64,000 nucleotides of DNA, taken from the IMG/VR virus record IMGVR_UViG_3300035675_000001; one strand, written 5' to 3'. Origin of the DNA: a virus. Taxonomy: Duplodnaviria > Caudoviricetes. Position 1 is the first letter of the stretch. Each line of letters starts with the position of its first letter. Made by a program: the position numbers and the translations under genes. Of this stretch, positions 44,069 to 54,070 are shown piece by piece. A model generated the notes under the pieces. The model saw only the letters and a program-made list of their open reading frames with translations. It was not told the origin of the DNA and made no database searches.

Positions 44069-44631
44069 GTCTTATCTACGGGGGTTACCAGCGCGGAGCG
44101 GTCGATGCCGCGCACCCAGTAGAAGGGGTCGATCACCTGGCCGTCCTCCTGGTCGCGCACCGCGCCCTTGTGGGGGGAGTCATAACGCAAAACTGTAAAC
44201 AATCTCTTGTTCCAGCGAATCACGTCCCCTGGTTCAAATCCACGGCTGCGGACCTTCACCTGTCGGCCCTTCCAAAAATCCACGATCTGCTTCACGCGCT
44301 GCTTGGACAGGGGCACCAGAGTCTCCTTACCGTTAACGACTATCCGGCGCGGGTTGCGGCGTCCCACATCCTCCAGGGTAATGCCCGGCTCCGTCGCGTC
44401 GCGCAGAATCTTCATGGTCCGAGCGTCAGGCACCTGGAGCTTGCGCCCGCCGTGGGGTCGGCCCTGGCACTTGGCAATCCTGGCCAGGTTGTTGACGGTC
44501 GAGAGGCTGACCTCGTGCTTCTTGGCGATCTCCGCAAGGCTGTAGCGGAAGTCACCGTTGGGCAGCTTCTCCTTGTAGTCCTCGATGATTTGCACCTGGA
44601 CCTTACCGCTGATGTATCTGATTCGTTTCAT
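44065..44631 (-). CDS. HTH DNA-binding protein (two HTH-like segments, one sigma70 region 4-like)
   Basis: YSLAEIAKKHEVSLSTV; ITLEDVG...SKQRVKQI. Confidence 0.6.
   Translation of the reverse strand: MKRIRYISGKVQVQIIEDYKEKLPNGDFRYSLAEIAKKHEVSLSTVNNLARIAKCQGRPHGGRKLQVPDARTMKILRDATEPGITLEDVGRRNPRRIVVNGKETLVPLSKQRVKQIVDFWKGRQVKVRSRGFEPGDVIRWNKRLFTVLRYDSPHKGAVRDQEDGQVIDPFYWVRGIDRSALVTPVDKT
44073..44078 (-). promoter_or_regulatory. Class III motif variant TAGATA
   Basis: TAGATA-AGAC-GTG44068. Confidence 0.55.
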
Positions 44632-44637
44632 AGGTAG

Positions 44638-44665
44638 AAAAAAGGGGCTGGCCCGGCCAGCCCCA
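44638..44665 (-). terminator. Rho-independent terminator
   Basis: GGGGCTGGC-CGG-GCCAGCCCC followed by a T7 tract on the minus strand. Confidence 0.8.
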
Positions 44666-44681
44666 TGTAGAACGGATTGGA

Positions 44682-45389
44682 CTACTTCTCCTCGCCTTCG
44701 GCTGCCTTGGGGCAAGGAACAAAATTGGTCTGGTTCTTGACGACCTCGCTGATCTTCTGGTTGGTCTCCAGGTCGAAGTCCATCCAGCGCCGGTTGTGGA
44801 AGTCCGGGAGGGGCTGGACCGACTCGCTGGTCGAGAGGGGGTTCGGGACACCCAGCTCCTTACTGACCGCCTCCAGGGCTGCGAAAATCTTGTCGTAACG
44901 CTTCTGGTCGAACCGACCATCGGCACCCAGGAACACGGTGCTGTCGAACGTGCCGACCATCGTGCGGATCAAGTAGTCGTTGATGTCGGGCTTCCTGCCC
45001 GCCTTGGTGCGGATTTCACCAAACAGGGCCTCGGCCATCGCGGGAGCCACGGCGCTGTATTTGCTCGTGAAGGTGACGCGGGTCACTTCCTCGGCGTCGT
45101 CCTGGAGCTTCACGCTGGAGATCGCGTCCCAGGGGCGCTCGCTGTTGTGCCGGAACAGTTCGGCCAAGGCGTCGGGCAGCATGACCGGCTTGAGGTCTTT
45201 CATCAGCTCCTCGGCCTCCTTCATGACCGCAGCCGCCTCGTTGTAGCGCGTGGGGTAGTCGCCCTCGACGATGATGGTGGGGATGTCGCCCTTCTTCACA
45301 GCCTTCTGGATGGACTTGACCTTGATGGGAGCGAGGACGTTCTTGGGGGTGCCGTTTTTCTTCGTAGTTTTGGTAGCCATATCTTTCAT
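44682..45389 (-). CDS. Hypothetical protein
   Basis: 235 aa with strong codon bias. Confidence 0.7.
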   Translation of the reverse strand: MKDMATKTTKKNGTPKNVLAPIKVKSIQKAVKKGDIPTIIVEGDYPTRYNEAAAVMKEAEELMKDLKPVMLPDALAELFRHNSERPWDAISSVKLQDDAEEVTRVTFTSKYSAVAPAMAEALFGEIRTKAGRKPDINDYLIRTMVGTFDSTVFLGADGRFDQKRYDKIFAALEAVSKELGVPNPLSTSESVQPLPDFHNRRWMDFDLETNQKISEVVKNQTNFVPCPKAAEGEEK

Positions 45390-45415
45390 TCGTTGATTGT
45401 TAAACTGACTGGTAA

Positions 45416-45444
45416 AACGTAAACTATCTTGAGTTCGGTGTCAA
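45416..45444 (-). promoter_or_regulatory. Class I sigma70-like promoter
   Basis: TTGACA, 17 nt, TACGTT (GTTTACG junction). Confidence 0.7.
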
Positions 45445-45463
45445 TAGGGTTCGTGCATTTTGT

Positions 45464-46288
45464 TCAGAGATTCGAGTGCGGGCGTTTCCAGCCGCCCCAG
45501 GAGTCGGACTTGAAGCTGACGGCATCCAGGGCCTTGATGTTGGTGATGGCTTCCTCGACCGTGGTCACGCGGAAGCTGGCTTCGAGCTGGCAGTCCATGC
45601 GCTTATACTCCACGTCGAAATACCACTCGCCGCCCTCGTTCACGCGGCCACTGTCGGCCAGGCGCAGGTGCCGGGCGTCGGTCGTGGTGACGCCTGCGTC
45701 GCGGAGGGACTTCTTGAACGCGGCCTCGAAGCCCTTGCGCTCGGCGTCGCACTTCTCCTGGAAGCGATTCTGCGCGGCCCGGCCCAGGGCGAGCTTCATC
45801 TTCTCGCGGATGTGCTTGGCCAGATTCTTGATGGCCAGGTTGGTGACCGGCTTGTCGCTGCCCGCGATGCGGACGTTGCCGTCGTAGAAGCTGATCTCGA
45901 CCGTGGCGTCCTTGTCGTTGGGGTGGACGATCTCGTAGGTGTCGCCATGACCGTGCTTGTAGCGTTCCCAGCAGTTGGCGGTCGCGGCAGCCACGTTGGC
46001 CACGAGCTTTTCGCGGAAGGCAATGCGGAGGGCGTTGCCGAAACTGGCGGAGAGGCCCAGGTGCTCGTCCACTTCCACGGGTTTGCCCGTGATGGAGAAG
46101 ACGCCGTTCAAGTAGGTGATGGCCAGCTCCAGCTCGCCCTGGCGGGCGATCCAGCAGAGAGCGCCTTCGGGCACGTTCTGCGGAGGAAGGGTGGAGTCCC
46201 AGGCGTGGATGGTGCAGTTGGCGCGGTCCATCGCAGGCTTCATGATGTCGTCGGTTACGTTTAGAGCTTTCATAGTTTTGTCGTTCAT
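45464..46288 (-). CDS. Hypothetical early protein
   Basis: MNDKTMKAL...; 274 aa behind a class I promoter. Confidence 0.75.
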   Translation of the reverse strand: MNDKTMKALNVTDDIMKPAMDRANCTIHAWDSTLPPQNVPEGALCWIARQGELELAITYLNGVFSITGKPVEVDEHLGLSASFGNALRIAFREKLVANVAAATANCWERYKHGHGDTYEIVHPNDKDATVEISFYDGNVRIAGSDKPVTNLAIKNLAKHIREKMKLALGRAAQNRFQEKCDAERKGFEAAFKKSLRDAGVTTTDARHLRLADSGRVNEGGEWYFDVEYKRMDCQLEASFRVTTVEEAITNIKALDAVSFKSDSWGGWKRPHSNL

Positions 46289-46298
46289 TCTGATGAAG

Positions 46299-46327
46299 AA
46301 TGTAAACGAAACCCCGTTCGCCGTCAA
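46299..46327 (-). promoter_or_regulatory. Class I sigma70-like promoter, close copy of the 5.2 kb promoter
   Basis: TTGACG, 17 nt, TACATT, 10 nt, ATG46288. Confidence 0.8.
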
Positions 46328-46394
46328 GAGGGAACGTGTAAAAAGATGAAAAAAGTTTCAGCGTTGGAAGTCGCTGAAAACAAGGAAGATGGGA

Positions 46395-47603
46395 TCAGAC
46401 GGTGACCTGGACCGTCACAAAACTCTGAATCGGAATCACCGCAGTCGCGTTGAATCGGTCGAAAACTGTGAGGTTTCCGGTGATGGTGCGCGGCCCGCCC
46501 GCGAGCGCATCATCGCTGTAGTAGTCGTATTGGTCAGGCCGGAGCATGACCGTCTTGCCCCACAACTGAACATTGGGCGGCTCCCAAAAATCCCAGCGGT
46601 AGTTGAGCAGCAGATTATTCCGGTCAGTCGCCGTGCCGGTGAAGTGGACGTAGCTGGTATTCAGGATCGAATAAACCCCACCCACGACCGGAGCATCGGT
46701 TGAAACTGAATGGATGACCGGCGTCTGCGAAGCGTTGAGCTGGACCGTTTGCTTCAACTCAATCGACTGGCCGGTCGCCACGTTGAGCACGGTGCAACGA
46801 GCGGTCTTGAGGCCAGGATATTGAGCCGCGACGCCAATCACGATCTGGCTGCGGTAGGAGCCGTTGGAGAGCTGGGCCGGGGTTTGGACGGTGGTATAGT
46901 TGAACGTCCACCCGTCGTAGGTCTGGAGCGACCAGGTGAACTGGAGCTGCCCTGGGTTCAGGTCGATGGCATAGACCGTGAAGGTCACTGTCTGGCCAGG
47001 ACCGATTACCACTTCGCCCAGGTTGTTCGTGTTGCTGATGATCGAATTGCTGATGGCCGATCCGCCGCCCGTCAGACCGGTGGGCGCGTAGCCCCGGATC
47101 GAATAGTCGAGCGCCGTCACACCCGCGTTGGCATCCGTAATCCGCTGGGTGAACGTCAGGTTGTTGTTGACGTTGGGCCAGGTGTAATAGTTCCGGTAGG
47201 TGCCCGCCGAAGGGATGGTGGTCGTCCCGGAACCGATGAACTGGTTGCCGACATACCAGGCAAAGCTTAGCGCCCCGGCTGCTTCGGGGTCATACGACCT
47301 GGTTTCCATCTGCGTGGAAAACGGAAACAGGCGGTCATTGGCAGTGATAACGGCGTTGCCGATGATGACCGGGGGAGAGTTGACCGTGACGCTCGTAGTC
47401 AGCGTGCTGTAAGCCCCGAACTCGTTGCAGTATTGGCAGGTGACCGGAAGGTTGACGCCGCCGACGTTGAGCTTCTTGTCAACGGTGGGGACCACGGTCA
47501 CATCCACCGTGTTGTCCCACCACTTCCAGACGTAAGTCAGGTTGTTGCCGCCCGGAGGGGCAGCCGCAACCGTGAACGTCTTGATGTCGCCTACATTGTT
47601 CAT
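46395..47603 (-). CDS. Virion structural protein with Ig/PKD-like beta domains
   Basis: LTYVWKW, YDPE...LSFAW, LQFTWS and LNYRWDF repeats; class III motif upstream. Confidence 0.7.
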   Translation of the reverse strand: MNNVGDIKTFTVAAAPPGGNNLTYVWKWWDNTVDVTVVPTVDKKLNVGGVNLPVTCQYCNEFGAYSTLTTSVTVNSPPVIIGNAVITANDRLFPFSTQMETRSYDPEAAGALSFAWYVGNQFIGSGTTTIPSAGTYRNYYTWPNVNNNLTFTQRITDANAGVTALDYSIRGYAPTGLTGGGSAISNSIISNTNNLGEVVIGPGQTVTFTVYAIDLNPGQLQFTWSLQTYDGWTFNYTTVQTPAQLSNGSYRSQIVIGVAAQYPGLKTARCTVLNVATGQSIELKQTVQLNASQTPVIHSVSTDAPVVGGVYSILNTSYVHFTGTATDRNNLLLNYRWDFWEPPNVQLWGKTVMLRPDQYDYYSDDALAGGPRTITGNLTVFDRFNATAVIPIQSFVTVQVTV

Positions 47604-50600
47604 GTGATAACTATGGGTCCGTAAACCGGGAGCGTGGGCACGGGCGGATCAGAGATGACCGCTGGCGTGTTCATCACGATGTCTTCCTTCCGCTCAACGG
47701 TCGTAGCCGTCAGCACATTGGACATGGGGTAGCGGGACTGGAACGTCTCGTTGGAGCTGTAAATCCTGGACTCGTGCGTGTAGCTGTAGGCCGTTCCCCA
47801 GCTCGTGATCGCCGCCATCCAGCCGCCCGGCGTGGCCGGGAAGTCCGTGCCCGTGGTGCTGACCTCAGTGATCGAGCTGCCGGTCGCCGTGAGCTTGAGC
47901 TGGTAGAGCGTGGTGTTCAGCCGGACCATGCGGTAGCCGTAGATGGCGAGCTGGCGGGCCGTGCCCCGGCGCTCATCGCGGAGCGCGTTATACCAGTTGA
48001 TGTCCAGCAGCCAGGAGTTGCCGCTGTAGCCGAGAGTGTTGCCGGGCAGCACATGCGGCAGGGTGAAGTCGAACGTGTCCGTGCTCTGGAAGTTCGCACC
48101 GGTCTTGCCCGCGCAGAGCGTCGCCTCAAACGGGATGTCACCAACCGTGATGATGACTTTGAACCCATCAAAGTTCTCATCCACCTGGCCGATGTTGCCA
48201 GAGTCAATCTCCAGGCGGTAAAAGCCCGGCAGCGCCGTCTCGTCGTTCTCGAAGGAGATGTTGCCGTCCACGTTGAGTGCTGGAAGGCTTAGGCTGACAC
48301 CGAAACTTGTCGGGTTGGCCCAGTTGGAGTAAGCCTGCGCCTGCGTCGCGCTGGTCACGACCTCCTCGTTCCCATACATGAAAATCCAGGGCGCATTGAC
48401 GGTGCCCGCGTAAGCAGCGGCATAGACCTGGCCCGACGTGTTGACCCGAAGCTGCTTGCTGTAGCCCGTGTCCGTGAGCACCACTTCCCCGCCCGTGGGC
48501 TGCTCGGAATAGAGAAGCTTGGCCGGATGGTAAACCTTGGCCACACCAGGGCTGGCCAGCCGGATGTCGTAGGTGCCCGATGAGGGGAGGACGCTGCCGC
48601 CCAGGATGCGACCTTTAGGCAGGACCGTCCAGAGACCGTTGTCCGTGGTCGAATCGGTTCCAGCTACGACCAGGAGTTGGCGCGGGAAGATGGTCCCGTA
48701 GCTGGTTACGCCGTAGCAATGCGTGCCGCCAATGCCCGCCGACTGGACGAGCTGGAGCAACGGAGCATAAGTGCCCTCGGTGCCACTGAGCATCAGCTCG
48801 GCATCGGAGCGTTGGGTGAACAGCTTTTGAGCTGACAGGCCGAACGCCTGAGTGCCGCTTCGGACGACCTTGATTTCGTAAACGTAACTGTCGTCGCCTT
48901 CGACCCAAATGCGGTCCCGGCAGGGGTTCGTCGCCATCATGGCGTTGGGCCACGGAATCGTAGTGCCCGTGCTGAACCAGGTCGGGATAATGCCGTATTT
49001 GGTGCTGCCGGACTCCAGCAGTTGCATGACCTGCGGCGGAGGATTGTCGAACATCCAGGCGTCGTTCATCCCGTAGCCCTGGCCCTTCCAGCCAGAAACG
49101 ACCACGGTGCCTGCGGCGGTCAGGGTATCCCATTGCTCGCCGAGCACCTGCCTGACAGGCAGGGTTGGGCCGCTGCCGATGCCAGTCTCTTTGAACCGGG
49201 ACTGAGCCTGGTATTGGCCGGTCGCGTCATAGCGCGAGACCCAGGCTTCCGAAGGCGTCTCGATGGACGAGGGCAGCAGGTCTGGCATGACATACCCGCT
49301 GTCGAGCACCTTGACCCCGTAGCGGTCATAGTCGTTGACACACGTCAGGTAAGCCGGGCGGTAAAGGCACGCGGTCGGGTTTGGATCGTGGTAGCGGACC
49401 AGCTCCAGCTCCTCGATGGTCTTGACGGAGTTCCACACCCGCAGGTCGTGGATGCGGTAATCCAGGGTGGTGCCCACAACGCCGACAGATTGATCCTCGG
49501 TCCAGATGTGGTCGGTGTAGGTTTGGGCATCCACCTGCGCGACCGGAGTGCTCATCGTGGCCTGGTAGCAGGTCCAGGCGCTCACGCCGTCGTAGGTGAA
49601 GGAGAAAAAGTTCCAGCCAGGAGAAGCCATGCCGCTGAGAAGCACCCAGTTGGTGTTCCCATCGCTGTCCACGCTGCCGACATTCAGAATGTTCGAGAAC
49701 GTGATCTTGATGCTGCCCACCTGGATGAGATAGGGAGCTGGCAAAGCCACACCTTCCGGCACCATCAACCAGAAACTCACGGTAACCGGCCCGCTCAGGT
49801 CTCGGCTATGAGGGTCGGACCTGAAATCCAAACCAGGAGGCACCCGCAAGTGCCAGCCGCGCCATTGATCGAACTCGCGCCCAAAAGGCGTCGCGTTGAG
49901 CGGAATCATGTCCGTGCTGATGACAGAGTGGTCAATCAGCGGCGGTGCGTCAAACGGATGCTCGTTGAAGGGGAACCAGCCCACGAGATTATCGCGGTGG
50001 TGCCTGCCGAAGAACTTCACCGGGTCGGCAACCAGGACGCCTTGAACAAGGCCGAAGTGGTAGAGCCTCCAGCCCGGCTCAAACGCCCAATCCATGTCAT
50101 CGACACTGTGGTCAACACCCAGGTTGGCCGAGTGGTAGAAGTCAGTGGCTTCCTGAGAGAGCGTCCGGCGCGGCAGATCGTCCCGCTGGCGCGGGTCAAT
50201 ATGGTCGAGCGGGATGAAGGTGCCGTAATAGGCGACCGCCATCTGGCCCGGCACATAAGGCGTCAGTGGCCGCTCGTTGACCATGAAGCTGGGCGGGTTC
50301 GGCCCCAGCTTGTTGAGCGTGACATCATACTGCGCCCCGGTCTGGCTGAACACCGCAATACTCTGGCCAACCTGGGTCACGGTCACGTCCGGGGTGGGCG
50401 GGTTGTAAGTCGCCCGGTCGATCAGCTCGCCGCCGTTCACCAGGTCACGCCGCCACGGATACTCGTCAGACAGGTCCAGCATCGGCTCGTCGAGCTGGTC
50501 CTCCGGCCTCTCCTGGTAGGCCCGAACACAGTCAGGCTTGGTCAGGGTCCAGTTGTCCACCACGACATTGTTGATGGTCTGCACCATCCCGTTGAGACTG

Positions 50601-53600
50601 GTTGGCGTGGCCGTCATCAGCATCGCGCCGTAGTCGGTGCGGTGCGTCGTATCATACGGATAGACGGGAGAAGTGTTGTATTGGACCTGGACGTAAGGGT
50701 CAGTGTGCGCCGTGCCCGACGTGTTCCAGGTCTGGTTGTTCTGCCCGCCAAATCCAATGATGATGCGCGTGATGCCGCCGTTGAGCGAGCGGGCGTAGGC
50801 ATGAACGTGCCCGTGGAGGGTCAGGTCCACTCCCCATTCTTTCCAGGGCCAATCCGTGCGCGGGTAATCGCCATACTTGTGGCCACTGTTCCACGCATCC
50901 GAGTTCCAATTCGGATGGTGATACATCACGACCTTCCAGGGAGCTTGGGACCGCCTGATCCAGTCCTTGATCTGCTCAGCCTGGACGCTGTTCATCCGGT
51001 CGAGTCGGACGCGGCCAGTGACGAACGCCACGGTCTTGTCGGCAGTAAAGCTGGCTTGGATCACGTCACCGCCGTAATACCGCTTGCCTTCGTAATCGAC
51101 GTAATTGTTGCCGGGGTTGGCGATGACGCGATAACGCCGGGCCTTGCGTAGCACAACCCACGGCGTGGCAGGGTCGATCCTGGGTTCACCCCACACATAC
51201 ATGAAGGGCACCGTTCCGTTGGCCTTGAAGGTCTGATCGCCGTAGTAGGTGCCTCCGCTGTAGATGACAAACTGTGGGGCATCGTTGATGCCGTCGTCGC
51301 CGTAAGAGTCGCTGGTCTTGACCGTGTAGGTGCCATTGGCATCGACCTGAATCGGGTTGCCCAGGTAGGGCAGTTTGACGTTGGCCCCAATCGGGCTGAA
51401 AGGCGCTTCGCACCAGTTGCCATCCGGCTCAGCAGGCTTGCGATTATTGTCGATGAAGCCTGGGTCTTCCACCGAGTTGTAGCCGTCCGCAACCACGAAC
51501 AGCTCGACGTGGCCGATGCGGACGCGGTAGTAGCGCCCGTTACCTGGCAGGTAATCGTAGTAGTTGGTTTCGAGGCTGTTGTCCCAGCCGTTATCCGGCT
51601 CAGCCCGACGACGCACCGTGGCCCCGTTGTAAGCCAGGAAGTCCGTGACACCGCTGACCCCAACGAAAATCTGGCCGTAGGTGTAAGTGCCGCCGTTGTA
51701 AACCACGTATTGGGGTCCAACCGAAGTTGGGTAAACCCGGTAGGTCTGGTCGTAGCCCTTGATGTTCCCGCTCTGGATGTTGTCCTCGGCAATCGGGGAA
51801 TCGGGGTTCTGGTAATCGTGGTTGCCGTAGCAAACAAAATACTTCTTGGCGTCGATGAAGTCCTGAACGTAAATCTGCGCCGGGTAGAACTCACCAGGCA
51901 AGCCGTCGTAGTATTGGTTGTCCCCGGCATAGAAGTAAGCGTCCGGGTTCCAGCCGCGCACCAGGTTGCTGACCGCTGCCTGGGGAGCGCCGTAAATTCC
52001 ACCATCCGCGCTGACCGCGATATAAGTCGGGTCAGACCAAATCGAGGGCTGCTCGCGCACAACCTCCGTCGAGGTCGGCGCGTAGTTGGCATAGACATTG
52101 ATCGCCGAGCTGAGGCCGAAACCAATCGGGAAGTTGAAAAACCACGTCGAGTTGGAGTAGTCGTAAGTGCCCGTCAAGTTCAGGTCGTAGCTGCCGATTC
52201 GCAGGAAGTCAGAGTTGTAGGGGTCGCTCTCGTGCGTCAGCATCGAATCGACGTTGACGAAATGCGGGTTTTTGACCACCGGAGGAACCGGCGCTCCAGT
52301 CAGCTTCCAGACGTTGAAGAAGGCAAACGGAGTGCCCACCAGAACAGTCCAGTGCATGAGCGTGCTATCCGCAATGATGGGCGGAGAGACATCGAACCAG
52401 TTAAGGAAATCGTAAGTGCCCTTGACCTGGTAGATGTCACCCACGATGGCAGTGAAATCGAAAGCGAACGCCCTGGTGTTGCTGATGCTGAACTGAACCT
52501 CGTAAGGCGGATACGGATAGTCGGCAAGCGTGCCCCAGTATTGCACCTGGCCCGACGTAGCCGAAAAGACCGTGCCGAAAGAGCAGTAGTCGGCATAGCC
52601 CACCTGGTCTTTGATGAGATAGCCGGTGCTGACATTGCGCGGCCTGCGGGTCGCGGGCCGGACCTCCTCCATTGCCTGGATCACCTGGAGTCCAGCGGCG
52701 GTGACCTCGGTGTAGTTGAGCTGCTGGTCGCCCAGGTCAGCCTGCCTGCGATACGTGATGGCAGTCTGCGACGAAAGCGGATCAGTCTCGGTCAGCCAGT
52801 CGCGGACAATGGTTCCTTGGGCGAACGAGCCATTCATCCAGGGCCGGTAGGGCGAAAGCGCCTGCGACCCGAAGTTGGCCAGGGTGCCATTGGCCTGGAG
52901 GTCTTTGTTGGGATCGACGGTGGAGACGCCGAACAACTGCTCCGCCCGGTCGAAGTCGATGGTCAGACTCAGGTCGTAGTAGGAGCTGCGATACTTGATC
53001 GAAGACAACTGCTGCGTCACGGAGAGCACCCGGTGCGTGCCGTTGTCCGTGCCGTTGAGCAGTTCCGTGACCTGGATAGCCGTGTGGTTGAAAGCCGATC
53101 CCGCCGAAATTGCCTCGAAGCGCAGGCCGGTGCCGGACGGGTTGACGTAGGCTTTGGTCTCCGGCCCGCCGCCTGTCAGGATATAGGGCGAGAGCGAAGG
53201 GTCCGGGTCCATCGGCGCGGTGCCGATGATGCTGACCTTGAAGAAGGGGTTGAAGCCGTTGACGACCTGCGTGTAAAACTCGGTGCTGTTGGTGCCGTTG
53301 CGAGCCGTGGCCGTGCCGGTCCAGGTGTAGTAGGGGCCATCCGTCAGGTTCCAGGGATCATAGAAATTGTCACGGACCTGCTTCGGATAGAAGTCAGGAA
53401 CCTCGGAGAAGTCCTGGTCGTTGCGCGGATCGCCGATGTCGTTGGCGATGCGGGGGCTGAGCCGCTGCCAGAGCGGGGTCATCCGCACGTCGTCGTAGCC
53501 CAGGAGCCGCCCCAGGGTCTCAAACGACTGAGCCGTGCCCTTGAACTGGAGCCGGGGGAACCAGGTGCTCAGCAGCCTGCGGGCGTCGGAGTCGGCGTTA

Positions 53601-54064
53601 GCCGGGTCCAAAGCCGCTGACCGGTAGAGCACTGCGCCCACCGTTGCCGCCAGGTATGGGAGCACGTTGGCTTCCACCAGGCGGAGGCTGTCCACACCGT
53701 AGGCCGCGCTGAGAAGGACGTGTTCCTCGTCAAGCTTGAGCTGGCCTGCGACCCATTCCAGCAGCTCAGGCGTGGCGTCCTCCGGGGTATCGTCTTTGAT
53801 TTCAAGAGAGCGACTGTAAACTTTTCCCTTCGGCGACTGGACCTGGGCAATGACGGCGTTGGGCGGTGCGCCGGAGACATCAGACTCCGGCAACCCTTGG
53901 CCAGTGAGGAGAAGTTCGAGCTTTCCAGTGTAAGCGCGGAGGTCGTCAACGCGGTCCTGGTAACCGCCGACGACAGCTTGAATCAAAGCCTGCTCATCGA
54001 GGCTGATTATTCCTTCTGGCAGAAGGCCATAAAGGAAGTCTTCGCTTAAATTCTGCAACGACAT
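47600..54064 (-). CDS. Large baseplate-wedge/tail protein with embedded purple-acid-phosphatase-type metallophosphoesterase and LamG-like domain
   Basis: N-terminal LPYLA...FKGT...LGRLLG; ADGG, GDNQY, GNHD, HHP and GHVH motifs; VSFW...FFSFTYDG...DLRVWN. Confidence 0.75.
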   Translation of the reverse strand: MSLQNLSEDFLYGLLPEGIISLDEQALIQAVVGGYQDRVDDLRAYTGKLELLLTGQGLPESDVSGAPPNAVIAQVQSPKGKVYSRSLEIKDDTPEDATPELLEWVAGQLKLDEEHVLLSAAYGVDSLRLVEANVLPYLAATVGAVLYRSAALDPANADSDARRLLSTWFPRLQFKGTAQSFETLGRLLGYDDVRMTPLWQRLSPRIANDIGDPRNDQDFSEVPDFYPKQVRDNFYDPWNLTDGPYYTWTGTATARNGTNSTEFYTQVVNGFNPFFKVSIIGTAPMDPDPSLSPYILTGGGPETKAYVNPSGTGLRFEAISAGSAFNHTAIQVTELLNGTDNGTHRVLSVTQQLSSIKYRSSYYDLSLTIDFDRAEQLFGVSTVDPNKDLQANGTLANFGSQALSPYRPWMNGSFAQGTIVRDWLTETDPLSSQTAITYRRQADLGDQQLNYTEVTAAGLQVIQAMEEVRPATRRPRNVSTGYLIKDQVGYADYCSFGTVFSATSGQVQYWGTLADYPYPPYEVQFSISNTRAFAFDFTAIVGDIYQVKGTYDFLNWFDVSPPIIADSTLMHWTVLVGTPFAFFNVWKLTGAPVPPVVKNPHFVNVDSMLTHESDPYNSDFLRIGSYDLNLTGTYDYSNSTWFFNFPIGFGLSSAINVYANYAPTSTEVVREQPSIWSDPTYIAVSADGGIYGAPQAAVSNLVRGWNPDAYFYAGDNQYYDGLPGEFYPAQIYVQDFIDAKKYFVCYGNHDYQNPDSPIAEDNIQSGNIKGYDQTYRVYPTSVGPQYVVYNGGTYTYGQIFVGVSGVTDFLAYNGATVRRRAEPDNGWDNSLETNYYDYLPGNGRYYRVRIGHVELFVVADGYNSVEDPGFIDNNRKPAEPDGNWCEAPFSPIGANVKLPYLGNPIQVDANGTYTVKTSDSYGDDGINDAPQFVIYSGGTYYGDQTFKANGTVPFMYVWGEPRIDPATPWVVLRKARRYRVIANPGNNYVDYEGKRYYGGDVIQASFTADKTVAFVTGRVRLDRMNSVQAEQIKDWIRRSQAPWKVVMYHHPNWNSDAWNSGHKYGDYPRTDWPWKEWGVDLTLHGHVHAYARSLNGGITRIIIGFGGQNNQTWNTSGTAHTDPYVQVQYNTSPVYPYDTTHRTDYGAMLMTATPTSLNGMVQTINNVVVDNWTLTKPDCVRAYQERPEDQLDEPMLDLSDEYPWRRDLVNGGELIDRATYNPPTPDVTVTQVGQSIAVFSQTGAQYDVTLNKLGPNPPSFMVNERPLTPYVPGQMAVAYYGTFIPLDHIDPRQRDDLPRRTLSQEATDFYHSANLGVDHSVDDMDWAFEPGWRLYHFGLVQGVLVADPVKFFGRHHRDNLVGWFPFNEHPFDAPPLIDHSVISTDMIPLNATPFGREFDQWRGWHLRVPPGLDFRSDPHSRDLSGPVTVSFWLMVPEGVALPAPYLIQVGSIKITFSNILNVGSVDSDGNTNWVLLSGMASPGWNFFSFTYDGVSAWTCYQATMSTPVAQVDAQTYTDHIWTEDQSVGVVGTTLDYRIHDLRVWNSVKTIEELELVRYHDPNPTACLYRPAYLTCVNDYDRYGVKVLDSGYVMPDLLPSSIETPSEAWVSRYDATGQYQAQSRFKETGIGSGPTLPVRQVLGEQWDTLTAAGTVVVSGWKGQGYGMNDAWMFDNPPPQVMQLLESGSTKYGIIPTWFSTGTTIPWPNAMMATNPCRDRIWVEGDDSYVYEIKVVRSGTQAFGLSAQKLFTQRSDAELMLSGTEGTYAPLLQLVQSAGIGGTHCYGVTSYGTIFPRQLLVVAGTDSTTDNGLWTVLPKGRILGGSVLPSSGTYDIRLASPGVAKVYHPAKLLYSEQPTGGEVVLTDTGYSKQLRVNTSGQVYAAAYAGTVNAPWIFMYGNEEVVTSATQAQAYSNWANPTSFGVSLSLPALNVDGNISFENDETALPGFYRLEIDSGNIGQVDENFDGFKVIITVGDIPFEATLCAGKTGANFQSTDTFDFTLPHVLPGNTLGYSGNSWLLDINWYNALRDERRGTARQLAIYGYRMVRLNTTLYQLKLTATGSSITEVSTTGTDFPATPGGWMAAITSWGTAYSYTHESRIYSSNETFQSRYPMSNVLTATTVERKEDIVMNTPAVISDPPVPTLPVYGPIVIT
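47608..47613 (-). promoter_or_regulatory. Class III motif TAGTTA
   Basis: TAGTTA-TCAC-ATG47603. Confidence 0.65.
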
Positions 54065-54070
54065 CTCGCA

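Noticed and set aside
50900-51800. Intein in the phosphatase domain, or in the UvsW inter-domain insertion (about 60100-60420)
   Set aside because: No C/S...HN-C/S/T splice motifs and no LAGLIDADG blocks.
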